A stretch of DNA of 64,000 nt, taken from assembly GCA_964016885.1 (NCBI GenBank), contig OZ024740.1:124062001-124126000 (forward strand), written 5' to 3'. The DNA comes from Eledone cirrhosa (Eukaryota). The notes beneath the pieces were generated by a model that was given only the letters and a program-made list of their open reading frames with translations, did no database searches and had not been told where the DNA came from. Position numbers and translations under genes: made by a program. Positions 12,180-24,560 of this stretch are shown piece after piece; the stretch's first letter is position 1; the number at the start of each line of letters is the position of its first letter.

Positions 12180-13040
12180 GACGCTATTTTCATGTAGAAT
12201 ATATACAAATTTGACAAGTAGTCATATCTGGAGGTGCAGGAATATTTGAAACATAATAAGCTTGTGTCATTGTCTATTCATACGTTTTCATATGGTTTAC
12301 AAATCCACCATTATAGCGAAGGACACAGTAACAGAAATTGCAATTCCAATAATCAACATTTTCAAGCCCGACAAAATCATCCTTTTTTAGTGCCCGTTTT
12401 AGCTCTTTTCTTTTGCTTCATTTGTTTCATCCAACAGTTGACTCCCTGTTTCAATTGTCTTTCTCCATGTATTACAATTATGAGCTTACTTCTCCCATGG
12501 ATTTATATCCAAACCTTACATTTTCCTTACTACAATCTTTGCACCTTTTCTGAGTCATATGCTGTGGTCTTTTGCCTTGCACTAGTTCACTATAAAAGAT
12601 TTCCTTTTGAAGCTTTGTATCATTCATGTGAACAAGATGCCCTACACCCTACATCTGACTCTTAATGACGAGCACCATGATTTTGTAAAACTTCAGTGTC
12701 AGGTGTAATCCTTCTCCATTTAATACCTAGGATCTATTGAATGTACTTTTGGTGGAATCTTTCAAGTATCTTGAAATGCAGCTGACGAGTGTTCCATGTT
12801 TCCAACCCATACACAAAAACTGTAAGCACATGCTTCATCCACAGTTATTTTTGTCCTGAATGTTATGCTTCTACCTGGCCATGCCCTTTTCACTAATTTT
12901 CCAAATACTTTGCCTTCTCTACTCTTTGCATCTAAACTCCTATTCCTTGACTGAGTACTACCCAGATACAGAAAAACATCCACTACTACCAACCTAATCC
13001 CAGTCACATATATTTGGCAGAACAAAATATTCTCCTGCTC
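12180..13040 (-). mobile_element. Decayed RTE (BovB-like) LINE fragment
   Basis: VDVFLYLGST..VFGKLVKRAW..ITFRTKITV, an RT thumb/C-terminal region with many stops. Confidence 0.65.
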
Positions 13041-13043
13041 TGT

Positions 13044-13111
<68 letters not shown>

Positions 13112-13439
13112 AAAATAAGAAAACAGTAGAAATTGCTAATAACATTTTCTCATGGAAAAACATTTTCCTAAAAACAATTTTTAGTACCGGTTTCAGTCAA
13201 TAAAAAATTTGACTTTATACTAGAAAAAATATGATAAAAAGTAGTAATAAAGTTAAGGTGTATATTAATTAGAAGAGAATATTAGAGAACATCCTTTACA
13301 TGTATATGAATTCACATTTTCGTTTCTCTCTTTCTCTCTCTTCCTTGGTCGTAGTAGCAGTCAAAATAGTAGTAGTTCGGTTGTCCTCTGCCACTGTCTG
13401 ACTGGCTGTTGACTTCAATGGCAGTAGTAGTAGTAGAGG

Positions 13440-13790
13440 AAGAAGAAGGTGATGCCACTTGCAGTGACACTTTCTATAGCGGCAACCTGGTGCAGTCTGT
13501 GACTAAACCAGGTTCTGCTGCATGTCGGGCTGAGGAGGCCAAATTCCTCAAGAACCGGCCAAATTCCTCAAGAACTACTCATCCGATAGGTTTGCGGTCG
13601 TGCCCTTGGCAGTGGAGACTTCTAGTGTCCTTGGCCCTAAGGCTACCTCCCTACGCACCACCATAGGCACAGAGCTGACCAGCTGGAGGTGTGAGCCTCA
13701 CGAGTTGGAATGGCTCTTCCAGTGCATCTTCCTTATCATTCACCAGAGAAACGCCTTCTCCATTCTGTCCGCTAGGGCTGTGTGGAAGCC
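13440..13790 (+). mobile_element. CRE-clade non-LTR retrotransposon, restriction-like endonuclease C-terminus
   Basis: DATCSDT..GSAACRAEEAK..PLAVETSSVLGPKA..FQCIFLIIHQRNAFSIL fits the CRE pattern DxT..AAxxAExxK..PxAxETxG..QRxSxAxQRGNA. Confidence 0.8.
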
Positions 13791-13914
13791 AATACGTGGG
13801 ACATCATTTTCTCACCATACAGAGAGATGGAGGTGATGAGAGTGGGAGTTCGGCTCTTTCACGTTCAGACCATATCCTTGTGGTTGTGTTCATTATTTTT
13901 TCTTTTTTAAATAA

Positions 13915-14310
13915 TGAAAATATTGTGTACAGTGCTCAGGTGCACTACAGCTCATCAAACAGTGTATGTATAGTACATAGGGTAATGTACAAACGTCAGG
14001 AAAATGAACAGTGCATGAGTCATGTGTGCATATGTATGGAACGGGTACATCAGGTGTAGTTTTAGCGAATTTCGGGAAGCATGAGGGTTTTAAAGGATGC
14101 AGTGTCTCGGCAGCTAACAACTGACGCAAGCAGTTTGTTCCATACTTCAGCAACTCTAAGCATGAAAAATGTTTCCGAAAGTCATGGGAGCTGTGCTGTT
14201 TTCTGATTTTATAGGCATGTCCACGTGTGTTAGACACATGGAGATCAAAAAGATTATCTATAGATTTCATTCTATTATTCAGTTGTCCTCTCAAGCACAT
14301 AAGTTTCTAA
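13915..14310 (-). mobile_element. CR1-clade LINE 3' end
   Basis: NTRGHAYKIRKQHSSHDFRKHF followed by a frameshifted VWNKL. The 3' UTR is shared with 54545-54745. Confidence 0.8.
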
Positions 14311-14329
14311 CAATTTATATACCTCTTAT

Positions 14330-17300
14330 AACATATATACACTCAAAGACCCGGTTACACGCTCAGTTACACATGCAGATACACCCACTAATAATAGGAG
14401 TATAGTAAAGGAGGAAGGAAAAGCAGGAAAAGAAGACAATGAAGGAGAAGGAGAGGTGGAAAGAGGAGAAGGAGAGGTGGAAAGAGGAGAAGGAGACGAC
14501 GGGGAGGTGTGATAGGATATTATAAGTAGTGCTAGTAGAAGTTGTTCTTGGGATTGACCTCAGTGGAAGAGTGATCTAAATTTGACCTGAAGTTGTAATT
14601 GTTTTAAATATATCTATCTCTCCTAATATTTCCATAGGAAATAATGTTTTTAATTTGTCCGTTAGAGTTACTGTTGGGTGTCTGTTGCAGTGTCGTCTGT
14701 GGGGGATGCACTTAAACAGGGTTCGTATTTTGTGATAAAGTATGATTCTTTGCGAATGGATTGATTGTGGGTAGCGTTGTCTTTAAATTTATAGAGGGGG
14801 GAAAAATTCTGAAGTTAGGTAGTCCATTTGAGGCGCAGATGTCAATGTGTTCACTCAGTGCTACTTTTCTGTATTTCCGTATTTTAATGTGGGTTCTATG
14901 AACAGTCATACGCTGTAGTAGTTCATTTGAGTAATTTTCTATTCACAGTTGTATTACTTTTATGCCTAGCTGATGGAGGATACTGGAATATAGGTTGACT
15001 ACATCAAAAGACACCGGTAGGGTTTGTTCATTATTAACTGTTTTAAAGAGGTGGTTAAACATATCAAGGTCGTCCCTTATGTGGCTTTTAATGTGTATAA
15101 GAAATGGATTTAATAGGGTGTCCAGAAAGTTGCTGAGGCAGTGGGTTTCATATGCGAGGCCTGCTATTATAGGTCTTAATTTGAGGTCATAAGGTGAAGG
15201 AAACTACTGAAAGAAACTTACACCAACTCAACAGCGTATATCAAAACAGATTTGGGAACTACACGCTGTATAGACATCTTAAAGGAAGTTAAGCAGGGGG
15301 ATGTACTATCAGCACTTATCTGTATAGTTATAGCACCACTTATATACCGAACTGAAAAATAATTCTCCTCTGGCTATCAAATAGGAGGTAAAATCCAATC
15401 AAACCTTAGCTATGCAGACGATCTGGCCATCATGGGTTACTCTAGAACTGACCTGCAAGACTTTCTGAATGTATTCGCCAAAAATTCACTGGAGGCTGGC
15501 TTACACATCAACATCTCCCAAACAAAATGTATGACAACTGATAAAAACAATGTCAATCTGCAACTCACAACCTACAACCAGCAAATTGCTCAAGTTACGG
15601 ACTTTGTATATCTCGGTCACAAACTATCATCAAACAACAATGGACTGGTTGCTGTGCAGTATCACATTGCTCTAGGTTGGGAAGTACTAACATCAAAACA
15701 AGTTTCCTAAGATCTTTGATACTTACATCCTACCAGTTGTGTTATATGGTCTTGATGTGTTAATTGGACAACAAGGTCACTCCAGAAGCTCTCTACGTTC
15801 CAGAACCAAATCATGAGACTTATTACTAGCAAGTGGCTCAGTGACCGTATTTGTACCAGTGAGCTGCTTATCATTACCAAACTTAGACGAATTACATCAA
15901 TTGTCAAGAGTACTCAAAATATACAGTCCTATAAAAAGATCACCTCGTGGTGTAAGCAGGTTATGCCTGGAAGGAAGGTTGGCTGGTAAGAGAAGCAGAG
16001 GCCAGCAGCCAAAACGATGGCTTGACAATGTCAACCTATGGACTGGACTTTATCTTTTAACGAAATTTGTGGAGAGAGATATCTCATGTCTGCAACTGGT
16101 AGAGTTTAGCATCACAAGAAGAAGGTGAAGGAACGTTGATGAATATATATATCTGCGGCTCCCTTGCATGCCTTACTTATATTTTCACTTTTGTGTATTT
16201 TAGAAATACCGTAAAAAAGACTGGGTTTAGTTTTCAAATCAGTGATACAGTCGTATTCCTTGTCGGTAAGTCTTTCTTTGTATAGGTTTATCACAGTTTT
16301 TAGGTTTCGCATTATGTTCTGCTGACTGTAGTATTGGGCCTTTTCGTAGTATTTTTCGTCTTCTAAAATGGAGAGCTCTAGAGTTGTATAATATTCCGTC
16401 CCCATTAGGACTACCTCACTCCCTTTACCGGCCTCTTTCATTGTTATAGTTTTAACGTCTAATCTGTTCAGCTCATCTCAATCTTTCTTACAAAAGTTTG
16501 GCCTGTGTTTTTTTTCTGTATAGGTGTTGATATGGGTAATTCGTGATGTGTTTGCAAAAATGGTCGAGACGTGTATTCTTACCTTTTGATGTAGCTAACG
16601 ATAATTCCTCGTTGTACTTGTAATTTTCTACAGAATTCTGGAATAATGTCTTTCATTTCGTAGTACTTTGGAGGTTGCGGGTTCGGTGTAAATTTTAGCC
16701 CTTTGGAGACTATGTTGATTTGGTCTGAAGCTAGTTCGTCATTTGTTGAATTGATGACATTTATCACTGTTGGTCTCTCTTGTACGTCTAGTGTTATCTC
16801 GTACATCTGTGTCTGTGGAATGGGTCTAAAATGATTGAGGTAGTTGCGTCGGTTGCTGTTGCTTAGTTGCCTGCTGTGGTTGTGCTATACCCTGTTATTT
16901 ATAGTTTGGGTTCGTGGTTGTGGGTTGAGTAAAGAGTCCCTATATTTATTGTATGGTTGTGTGTCCCTATATTTCATGCTCGGTGATGATTTCTTATTTC
17001 TTTGTTTTTTGCTGGGATACCCACGTTGTTGCTGCGCGGTTGAGTTATGAAGTAAGGGTTAGGTTTTGTCTGCTCTTTTTTGTTTTTTGTTAGTTGTGGA
17101 CCTGTGTCTGAGTGGTGTTTAGATTTTCTTATTTTTATGAACAAGTTGTGGAAGCGTATTCTGTTTGAAAAACCGTTTCATATTTTAAAAACCAAGTGGC
17201 GCTTTTTTCCCAGCGTTGGAGAGATTTCAGTCTTTCTTTGTCACGATCCTCTTTCCATAGTTTTGAGATCATCATATCTAGGTTGGGACCTTGAGTCTTT

Positions 17301-17720
17301 TTGTTAATTTCTTGGTTGATCTCTTCCTCGATGGATTTTATTTTATCCTCATTTGTCAGAGCCCTCAATTTTAGAAGCTAAATTTCCATCATTTTTTCCA
17401 GTGCCAGTCTTTTCCTGAGTCATCTTTGCGACTCGGGTTCATCAGTAATGGGTAAGCAGAGGAAGGGATAGAAAGTGGAGAAGGGGGAGAAGATTATGAG
17501 TGCGTGGAGATGGGTGTGGTCATGTGAGAGGCAGGTAAATACAGTGGAAGAGAAAGAGCAATGGACATGCAAAGAGAAGAAAAATAAAAACGTTAGAAGT
17601 ACAAAATCTAAGGTTGTAAGTTTGTGTAATATTTCGCCTGGGTAAATCCGCAGTAACATCAGAAATTGTGAGTTTCTGTAAAAAACCACGTGGGCAAGAC
17701 TGCAGTAAAATCAAAACCTG
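14330..17720 (-). mobile_element. Decayed Penelope-like element (N-term, RT, GIY-YIG remnant), internally deleted and interrupted
   Basis: IVSKGLKFTPNP (16579-16806), KEAGKGSEVVLM and FYGISKIHKS (16112-16441), LRPIIAG..SFDVVNLYSSI (~14980-15185), and QRMTVHRTHI..ALSEHIDIC (GIY-YIG C-part, 14712-14930). Confidence 0.88.
15203..16121 (+). mobile_element. 5'-truncated RTE-like LINE (family C) inserted in the PLE, with (AAG)n tail and 12-bp TSD
   Basis: VKQGDVLS, LSYADDL, FVYLGH and GKRSRGQQPKRWLD. TSD aaggtgaaggaa at 15191-15202 and 16122-16133. Confidence 0.9.
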
Positions 17721-18509
17721 AATGATAGTGATACAAGATGTTTACAATTACAGAGTGATTACATTACTGGTCCTGAATTCTATCAAGTAGTCAAAGTTTC
17801 TAATTCTGTGAAATAGAATGGAAGTATGGATTGACATTTCAGTTACACCTGCCTATAAATAAATTCAGGTTATTTCAAGAGGGAGATGGGATGGTGCCAT
17901 GTGTTATCTATTCTTGTGAAGCTAGTGGCAGTTCCTCGCCATTTATAATTATTTATTTCTATTTTATTTTGGGCAGTTTGTTTTTGAAACGTACACGTAC
18001 GTGTATGTTCAAGAGGAATGTATAATTGTGTGATACAATTGCTCCAGGTTGGTTCCATGCGTTGTTGCCACAACCAATCCCTTTAAGTTTTAAATTTTTC
18101 TTCTGAAGATCTGTTTTTCCTCCCCGTAAATTGTAAATGGTAAAATATGTTCGAATGTCCCTGGGAGTTAAGTGATCCAAAGGAATGTTAAAATCCAGTT
18201 CTTTGAAGAATACTTTCAAGTTGTCCCAGACAAAGCAAATACTCATGCGAAAAAAGGGAAAAGTTGAAAATGTTTACCTCGTTTGGTGTTGAATTTGCAG
18301 GTCCAGAAAATGTTTCCAATCACAACAAAGTGCACAAACATACATTATATGTATATATACAGATACATATATTAATGAACATGTATTGCATTATTAATGT
18401 AAATATCTCTATTGTTTTTTTTTCCTTGTGTGTAGCAACACGTGGTTGTGTGTGTTGCTGCTGACTCTAGCAAAGCCCAGGAAAACACGCCTTGCCCTGC
18501 TGACCGATG

Positions 18510-18780
18510 TTGAACTAGGTGGTGCTGTTATGAGACAAGTCTTGGAAGTTGTCCATGCCATACCTTGCATCTATTGGCTGGGCTTTTACAGATGCTGGAT
18601 GCTCTTCTTAACACCAACCATGGTTACAATATGGAGCTGGGTGGCACCGTTATGAGGGAGGTCTGGCCAATTGGCCACGCTGTACCCTGCTGCTCACAAT
18701 GGAACTGTGTTTTTGGGAGCTGGGTGGTCCCATTATGAGGGTGGTCTGGCCAGTTGGCTGCGCCATGCCTTGCTCATAAT
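18510..18780. repeat. Diverged ~85-bp tandem repeat
   Basis: ggagctgggtgg..ttatgaggg.ggtctggcca.ttggc at ~18632 and ~18715, with a more diverged copy at ~18512. Confidence 0.65.
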
Positions 18781-19162
18781 TACACAACTACTATTTGAGA
18801 GTATATGAGGATAATTTTAGGCTGATTTTACCATAGTAGGTAATATAAACATGTCTGCAAGAAATCAGCTCTGCTCTTAAAAACAAGAAAATTTCACGTT
18901 TTGACATTATAATTTATGAATTCTTAAATTTGTTCATTGAATTTTAGTTTTTGTTCAAGTAAGTTTAAATAACAGTAACCAATATTACTGAAATTTTTTT
19001 GAATACGTTTACTTGCAATTGGAATCTTTATAATTTTAAAATTAATTCCTTTTAAAAAGATCAAACACATATACTCTTAGGTGGGAAGGGAGTTTCTCTT
19101 CTACTTTGACACACTTTAACCTACATGAGTTTATGCCTCTAAGGTAGTCACCATTATAGAAC

Positions 19163-19363
19163 TGCTATAATGGTGTATCACACATGTTAGTATATCCGTA
19201 CGAACGAAGGGAAACCCCAAAGTATTAACCAGGCGTAATTTTGAACTACCAACAAGGTCACTACAATGATACACAGTCTACTGACAATTCACTTCAGTTA
19301 TTTATAGACATTTTGCCTAGTCCATTTTTAGTTACGCGGGGGTGTTCAGGGTTTTTTCCTACA
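19163..19363 (-). repeat. 3' LTR of Gypsy element (~200 bp), preceded by PPT
   Basis: Minus strand TGTAGG...ATAGCA. PPT AAAAGGGGAGA is adjacent (plus 19364-19374). Homologous to 23608-23810. Confidence 0.85.
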
Positions 19364-19414
19364 TCTCCCCTTTTGAGATTCCTCTTCCTTTGGAGTGTGG
19401 ATATATATATATAT

Positions 19415-19732
19415 CAGGGGCGAAGGGTGCGTGCATGCAACATGGAATCTTGAGTTGATCAATTGCGTCGGTTGAAGCAAGCAGAATTTTGGCTACTTAC
19501 TAAAACGTATAGACACAAAAAGAGATAACACACATACGCACGACAGCTTTGGGGCAAGCAGAATTTTGACTGCTTACTAAATCGTAGACACATAAAAAGA
19601 TAACACACACACACTAGATAACACTACATGCGGCTTTGACCGGAGGGTCATTTAGAGGGAATTGCACAGCCCCACTTTCCGCCATGGCGATTGGACTGCA
19701 TGGCCTGCTTTCCAGGTTACCCTTCGCCACTG
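19415..19732. mobile_element. hAT-like MITE in a TA microsatellite inside the Gypsy element
   Basis: 14-bp TIRs CAGGGGCGAAGGGT / ACCCTTCGCCACTG (1 mismatch), with ATATATAT on both sides (compatible with an 8-bp TSD). Contains an internal ~78-bp duplication. Confidence 0.8.
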
Positions 19733-20571
19733 ATATATATATATATGTTTTTTTTTCAGCTTTCACCCCACTTCCTCCTTTTTGAGAAATAAATTCCGTC
19801 CAGAGCTTAATATTTTTTATGTTTTGGATTCACTTCTAATAATTCCGTACGTTTCCTTTTGCTTGTACTTTCAACTATTACTTTGGGGGTTTGCACATCG
19901 AAAATATCATAACATTTCCATGATTCTTCATTTTTCGTGACCCTTTCTTCAGCAAACAATTTTTAAAAACTGGTTTATATGTCTCATTTGTTCCCATTTG
20001 TGAGTTTTATAATACACAACATTTTTCCAATTTGTTTACTGACCACGCCATATTCCCACATTTCTTTACCATTCTAAAAAACAATTTGTCGCCAATTTTC
20101 AAGAAGTTTTTCGTATCATTTTTGTTATCCGATACTTTTCCTTTTCGATCCGGTAACGATTTGTCAAACACTGACTTAATATTCCTTGCAAACATCAATT
20201 CCGTAGGTGCCATGCCTGCAGAGGTATTAGTTTTAGGCGTTACACAGTACACTCGTAAGAATTGTTGAAGTGCTAAATCATTTACTGTTTCATTATTTTC
20301 TCTCTTTAAGGCCCTCTTCAATGTATCCACAAACCGTTCCGCTTGTCCACTTGACCTTGGGTGATACGGCGGAGTGGTAACATATTCAAAAGAGAACATT
20401 TTACAAATCTTTTAAATTCATAAGCAGTGAATTGTGTTCAATTATCAGAAAGTATTGTATAAGGAATACCATATCATGCAAACAATTCGTACAAAAAAAT
20501 CTTACTGTAACAGAGGGGTTAGTTTTTAAACTTATAGATTTCAGGCCACTGAGTACAGCTATCTACCATTA

Positions 20572-20825
20572 CAAAATAATTGTTTCTACATTTGGCACAA
20601 GGTCAGCAATTATCCAGTGCATTACTGGTACTTTATTTTATTGACCCCGTAAGGATGAAAGGCAAAGTTAACCTCGGCGGGATTTGAACTCAAAATGGCA
20701 AGGGCTGTACCTCTATGCGTCAAAGCATGGCGTCCGACCCTCCACCGATACTGCCAATCCACCACTACAAATAATTGTTTCTACTTTTGGCACAAGGCAA
20801 GCAATTATAACCCAGTGCATTACTG
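20572..20825 (-). mobile_element. SINE family 1, one full and one partial copy in tandem, inside the Gypsy integrase
   Basis: Reverse complement of the SINE core and B-box (gggatttgaactc). Confidence 0.85.
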
Positions 20826-23585
20826 TTGACTTGCCAAATCTATGGGTAGTCTGAACTCTGGAATATCCGTCTTTGGCCAAAGTTGACGTTTTATGGTAGG
20901 CAATTTTGCTGCCAGCGCACAACCTTTGCAGGATTTTACCAACTTTTCAATCTCTCGGCCCATTTAGGGCCAGTATACATAACTTCTCATAAGAGCTTTC
21001 ATTCTTGATACTCCCGGATGACTAATGTGAAATTCTTTTAATATTCGCTTTTGTAGTGTAACAGGTATTACTTCTCTTCGTTCATACATCAGTACATTTG
21101 CCACAGCGTTGTAATCTATTTGTTGTATGGGTGGCGATTCCCTTCTTTGATCCGTAAATTGACAACAAAGGACGGTGATTAGTCTGTAACCAATAACTCC
21201 TTCCGTGAATAAACTTGTGAAATTTTATCTGGGTAAAAATTATTGCTAACGCCACTTTTTTTAATTTGGCTGTAATTCTTTTCTGCTGGTAGTAGAGAAC
21301 GCGAGGCATGAGCTATGGTATTTTTACAGAAACACGGCTCCAATACCATACTTACTAGCATTTGAAGCCAATGCGATTTCTATTTTGGGGTCATAATGTG
21401 CTAATGATAAGTCCACTGTTAATGTTTTTTATTTCTTCAAATGCTTCTGGCACTCCAATCCAATTCCATTTTACATCTTTTTTTTTTAGCAAATTATTTA
21501 GTGGAGCTCTTACATTTTGCATATTCGGAATATATATTTGATAATAGTTCGCAAACTCCAGCAATGCTTGCAACATAGTAACGTTTTTCGGTGGGGCATA
21601 TTTTTAATTGCACTAGCCCTTGACGGATCTGGTTGACGACCATTTTTACCGATGATTTGTCCTAGGTATTTTATTCTAGGCAAGAAAAATTCACACTTCT
21701 CATCGCTGAGTTTGAATCCATACTCTCTTATCTTTTCAAAAACGCACTTGACATACCTATCATGAGATTCACTTTTAATTAATACACCAAAGTATGCAAT
21801 CAGGAAATGAGAATCTGCCAGCATCGTCTCCATAACTTGTTGGAATATAGCCGGAGGAACTTTTATGCCAAAGGGAAATCCGTTCTAGTTTATAAAAACC
21901 TTTATGGGTATTTATTGTCAAAAGCTTTGTACATTCGTCTTCAACTTATATTTGTAGGTAAGCTTCAGAAAGGTCTAATTTCGAGAAGTTTTCAACCGTT
22001 TAGTCCCGCAAAAATTTTCTCTGGACTTGGCAATGGGTAGTTATGTGGTCTTAAGCATTCGTTATGTCCCGTTGAAAAGTCTGCGCACACATGAATTTTT
22101 TTTTCTACATACACTGTTGGAGCCACCAACTCTGTGTGGTCAATTTTTTTAATCACTCCCATTTTTTACAGTCCATCTAATTTTTTGTTGACTTTATCTA
22201 ATGCTGCAAACAATACATTACGTTTGGTTTTCAATACAGGTGTCACACTTTCTTTCACTTGAAATTTAGCTTTAGTACAACGACCTATCTCACAGGAAAA
22301 AAAAAAAACATCGTGGTACCACCTTTCCAATTTCTTTAAAAAATTTGTTGATACTTTGTTTAAACTGAGAGACGACCCTATTACATTCTTACAAAACATA
22401 TTAATGGGTAAATCCCATAAGTCGAACAGCTCTATCCAGTCAGTACTGAAAAGATTTGTTGTATTTCCTAATACATAGGCTTTAGCTTTTGCCACGAAAT
22501 ATAACGTAACTTACTATTTCGCCTTTAAAAAGTAATTTCTTCCCCGAAACGCCACGTGCAATCTTTGAGATTTTATTTAATGTAGGTTTCCCAGTTGCTC
22601 TCCTACGTGTTTTCATTTATAATAGTAATGTCTCTACCTGTATCTAACTGCAATCTAACATTCACGGTGTTAATTTTTACATACAAAAATTTCCTTTGGG
22701 TATCGTTGTTGATTTTTTTTCCACCGATAACTGGTTTACATAACTGGTTTTGTTTTGCAATGTGAATTATTATGTCCTATTCTGCCACACACTTTCGGAA
22801 AAGACAATCGTATCTGAAGTGTAATCCTCCACATACTAAACATGGATTAATCTTTTGTTTTTTGTTTTTATTTTAGGGCGCACAGACTGTTTATGAGATC
22901 AATCTCTCTCTTCATTTCTTTCTGTATCGTGTCTCATATTTATAATTCTCTGACATTCCTCAAATAATTACTGTAATGTTAAGTTCTGATTCTGCTCTCT
23001 TTTTGTCAGAATTCTGGTACAAATTCCCGCAATCTTTCTTTGCCTTTAACCCTTGCCCGAAAATTAGGCATTTCAACATGTCCGTGAAGTTTAAATATTT
23101 CGCATTCATTGTTAACGATTCCAGCATATGTGACAAAATCTCTGTCCTGTTTCTTTGCCAAATTCATACACTGCCAACTGTTCTCGCTAAAAATTTTCGA
23201 CAGGATATTTACTGTTTCCCCAAAACAGATCCCACCTGGTTTCTTCGGTAGTATATAATGTAAGTTTTTCTCATGTTCGACTGGTGCCAACTTTCTCAAA
23301 AAAAGCTGTGTTTTTGTTTTGTATTGTCAGCATTCTTCTCGAAAAATATCCTCATGTCTTCTAAAGTAGCGGAAAAGGTAATGCCCCCATCTAGGTTATA
23401 TGCGAATTTTCCTATTGAGTTCGCCACAACGTCTGGGGTGAACAACTTGACGCATTTTCCATTTTCGTCAGTATTAATTCTATTAACTGTTGTTGTTATT
23501 GCTGCAACTGTACTACTTGGGCTAGTAAATCTGTCATATTAAGATATTTTTTTGTTTTTCCAAAAACTAAATCAGTCCAATGTAA

Positions 23586-23606
23586 GCTTCGAATAATGCG
23601 TAGCCA
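23586..23606 (-). promoter_or_regulatory. Putative primer binding site
   Basis: Minus strand TGGCTACGCATT.. begins 1 nt after the 5' LTR end CA. The cognate tRNA was not identified. Confidence 0.55.
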
Positions 23607-23607
23607 C

Positions 23608-23810
23608 TGTTATAATGGTGTGTCACACTGTTTTGTATATCTGTACGAACGAAGTTAAAACCATAGTATTCACCAGATGTAATTTCGAACTGCCAAAGAG
23701 ATCCTACACTAAGACTCCATATACACAATCTATTGACAGTTCACTTCAATTATTATCTATAGATTAGTCCCCTTTTAGTTATGCGAGAGTGTTCAAGGTT
23801 TTTCCCTAAA
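23608..23810 (-). repeat. 5' LTR of Gypsy element
   Basis: tgttataatggtgtgtcacac..gtacgaacgaag..gtgttcaaggtttttcccta aligns to 19163-19363 with visible divergence. Confidence 0.85.
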
Positions 23811-23959
23811 ACAAGTATAGAGCTATATTACACTGGTGGGCTTACATTGTGGGTCCAACAAATTATGTTTCTTATGTATTTCTATATGTGGATTCCAATG
23901 TGATTTCTGAATTTCTCTGTTACCCATGGGTTTCTTACTCCAGCATATATGCTTGCCAT

Positions 23960-24150
23960 TAATAATTGTTTCTACCTTTGGCACAAGGCCAGCAATTACC
24001 CAGTGCATTACTGGTACTTTATCTTATTGACCCCGTAAGGATGAAAGGCAAAGTTAACCTCGGCGGGATTTGAACTCAGAATGGCAAGGGCCATAATTCT
24101 ATGCATCAAAGCATGTTGTCCGACCTTCTTCCGATACTACCAATATACAC
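23960..24150 (-). mobile_element. SINE family 1
   Basis: Full reverse-complement copy with core and B-box. Confidence 0.85.
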
Positions 24151-24274
24151 TACTAGCCTCTTATGAAAATCAATTAATCATAAAAAATACAAATACTGAT
24201 TAATCAGCAAAATGGCCAACATTACCGATATCAGTTATCTGCCAATTATTCTGTATATACACAACTCCGAAGGC

Positions 24275-24560
24275 ACATAGCTTAATGATTGGTTCATGAT
24301 TGTATGGCAATGATTTTGGTTCTCAACAATGTTTTATCCTTGGACGAGACACTTTATTTCATGTCTGATACCACTTTCAGATGGCAAAAATGACTTGCAT
24401 CTGTAATTCAAATGACCAGCTGTATCACACACAGTCTCGCTGGATTTTATGGAGAACTACATTGAGTGCTTATGTCTGTGGAGTACTCAGCCATTCTCAC
24501 ATTAGTTTCATGAGCAGACTGTTTAAACAACTGGAATACTAGCTATCAGATCCAACTGAG
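24275..24560 (+). mobile_element. Old tRNA-derived SINE family 2
   Basis: ccttggacgagacactttatttcatg core, shared with 32770-32890. Confidence 0.5.

Larger units (their letters stand above)
19163..23810 (-). mobile_element. Decayed full-length Ty3/Gypsy LTR retrotransposon (Mag-like)
   Basis: Order is gag with CCHC knuckles (~22750-23540), protease LQLDTG (~22640), RT (KLDLSEAYLQI, RFPFG, KYLGQII), RNase H (TNHRPLLSIYG) and integrase (HPGVSRMKAL, SGQAERFVDTLKRAL). Paired LTRs, PBS and PPT are present. Confidence 0.93.
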
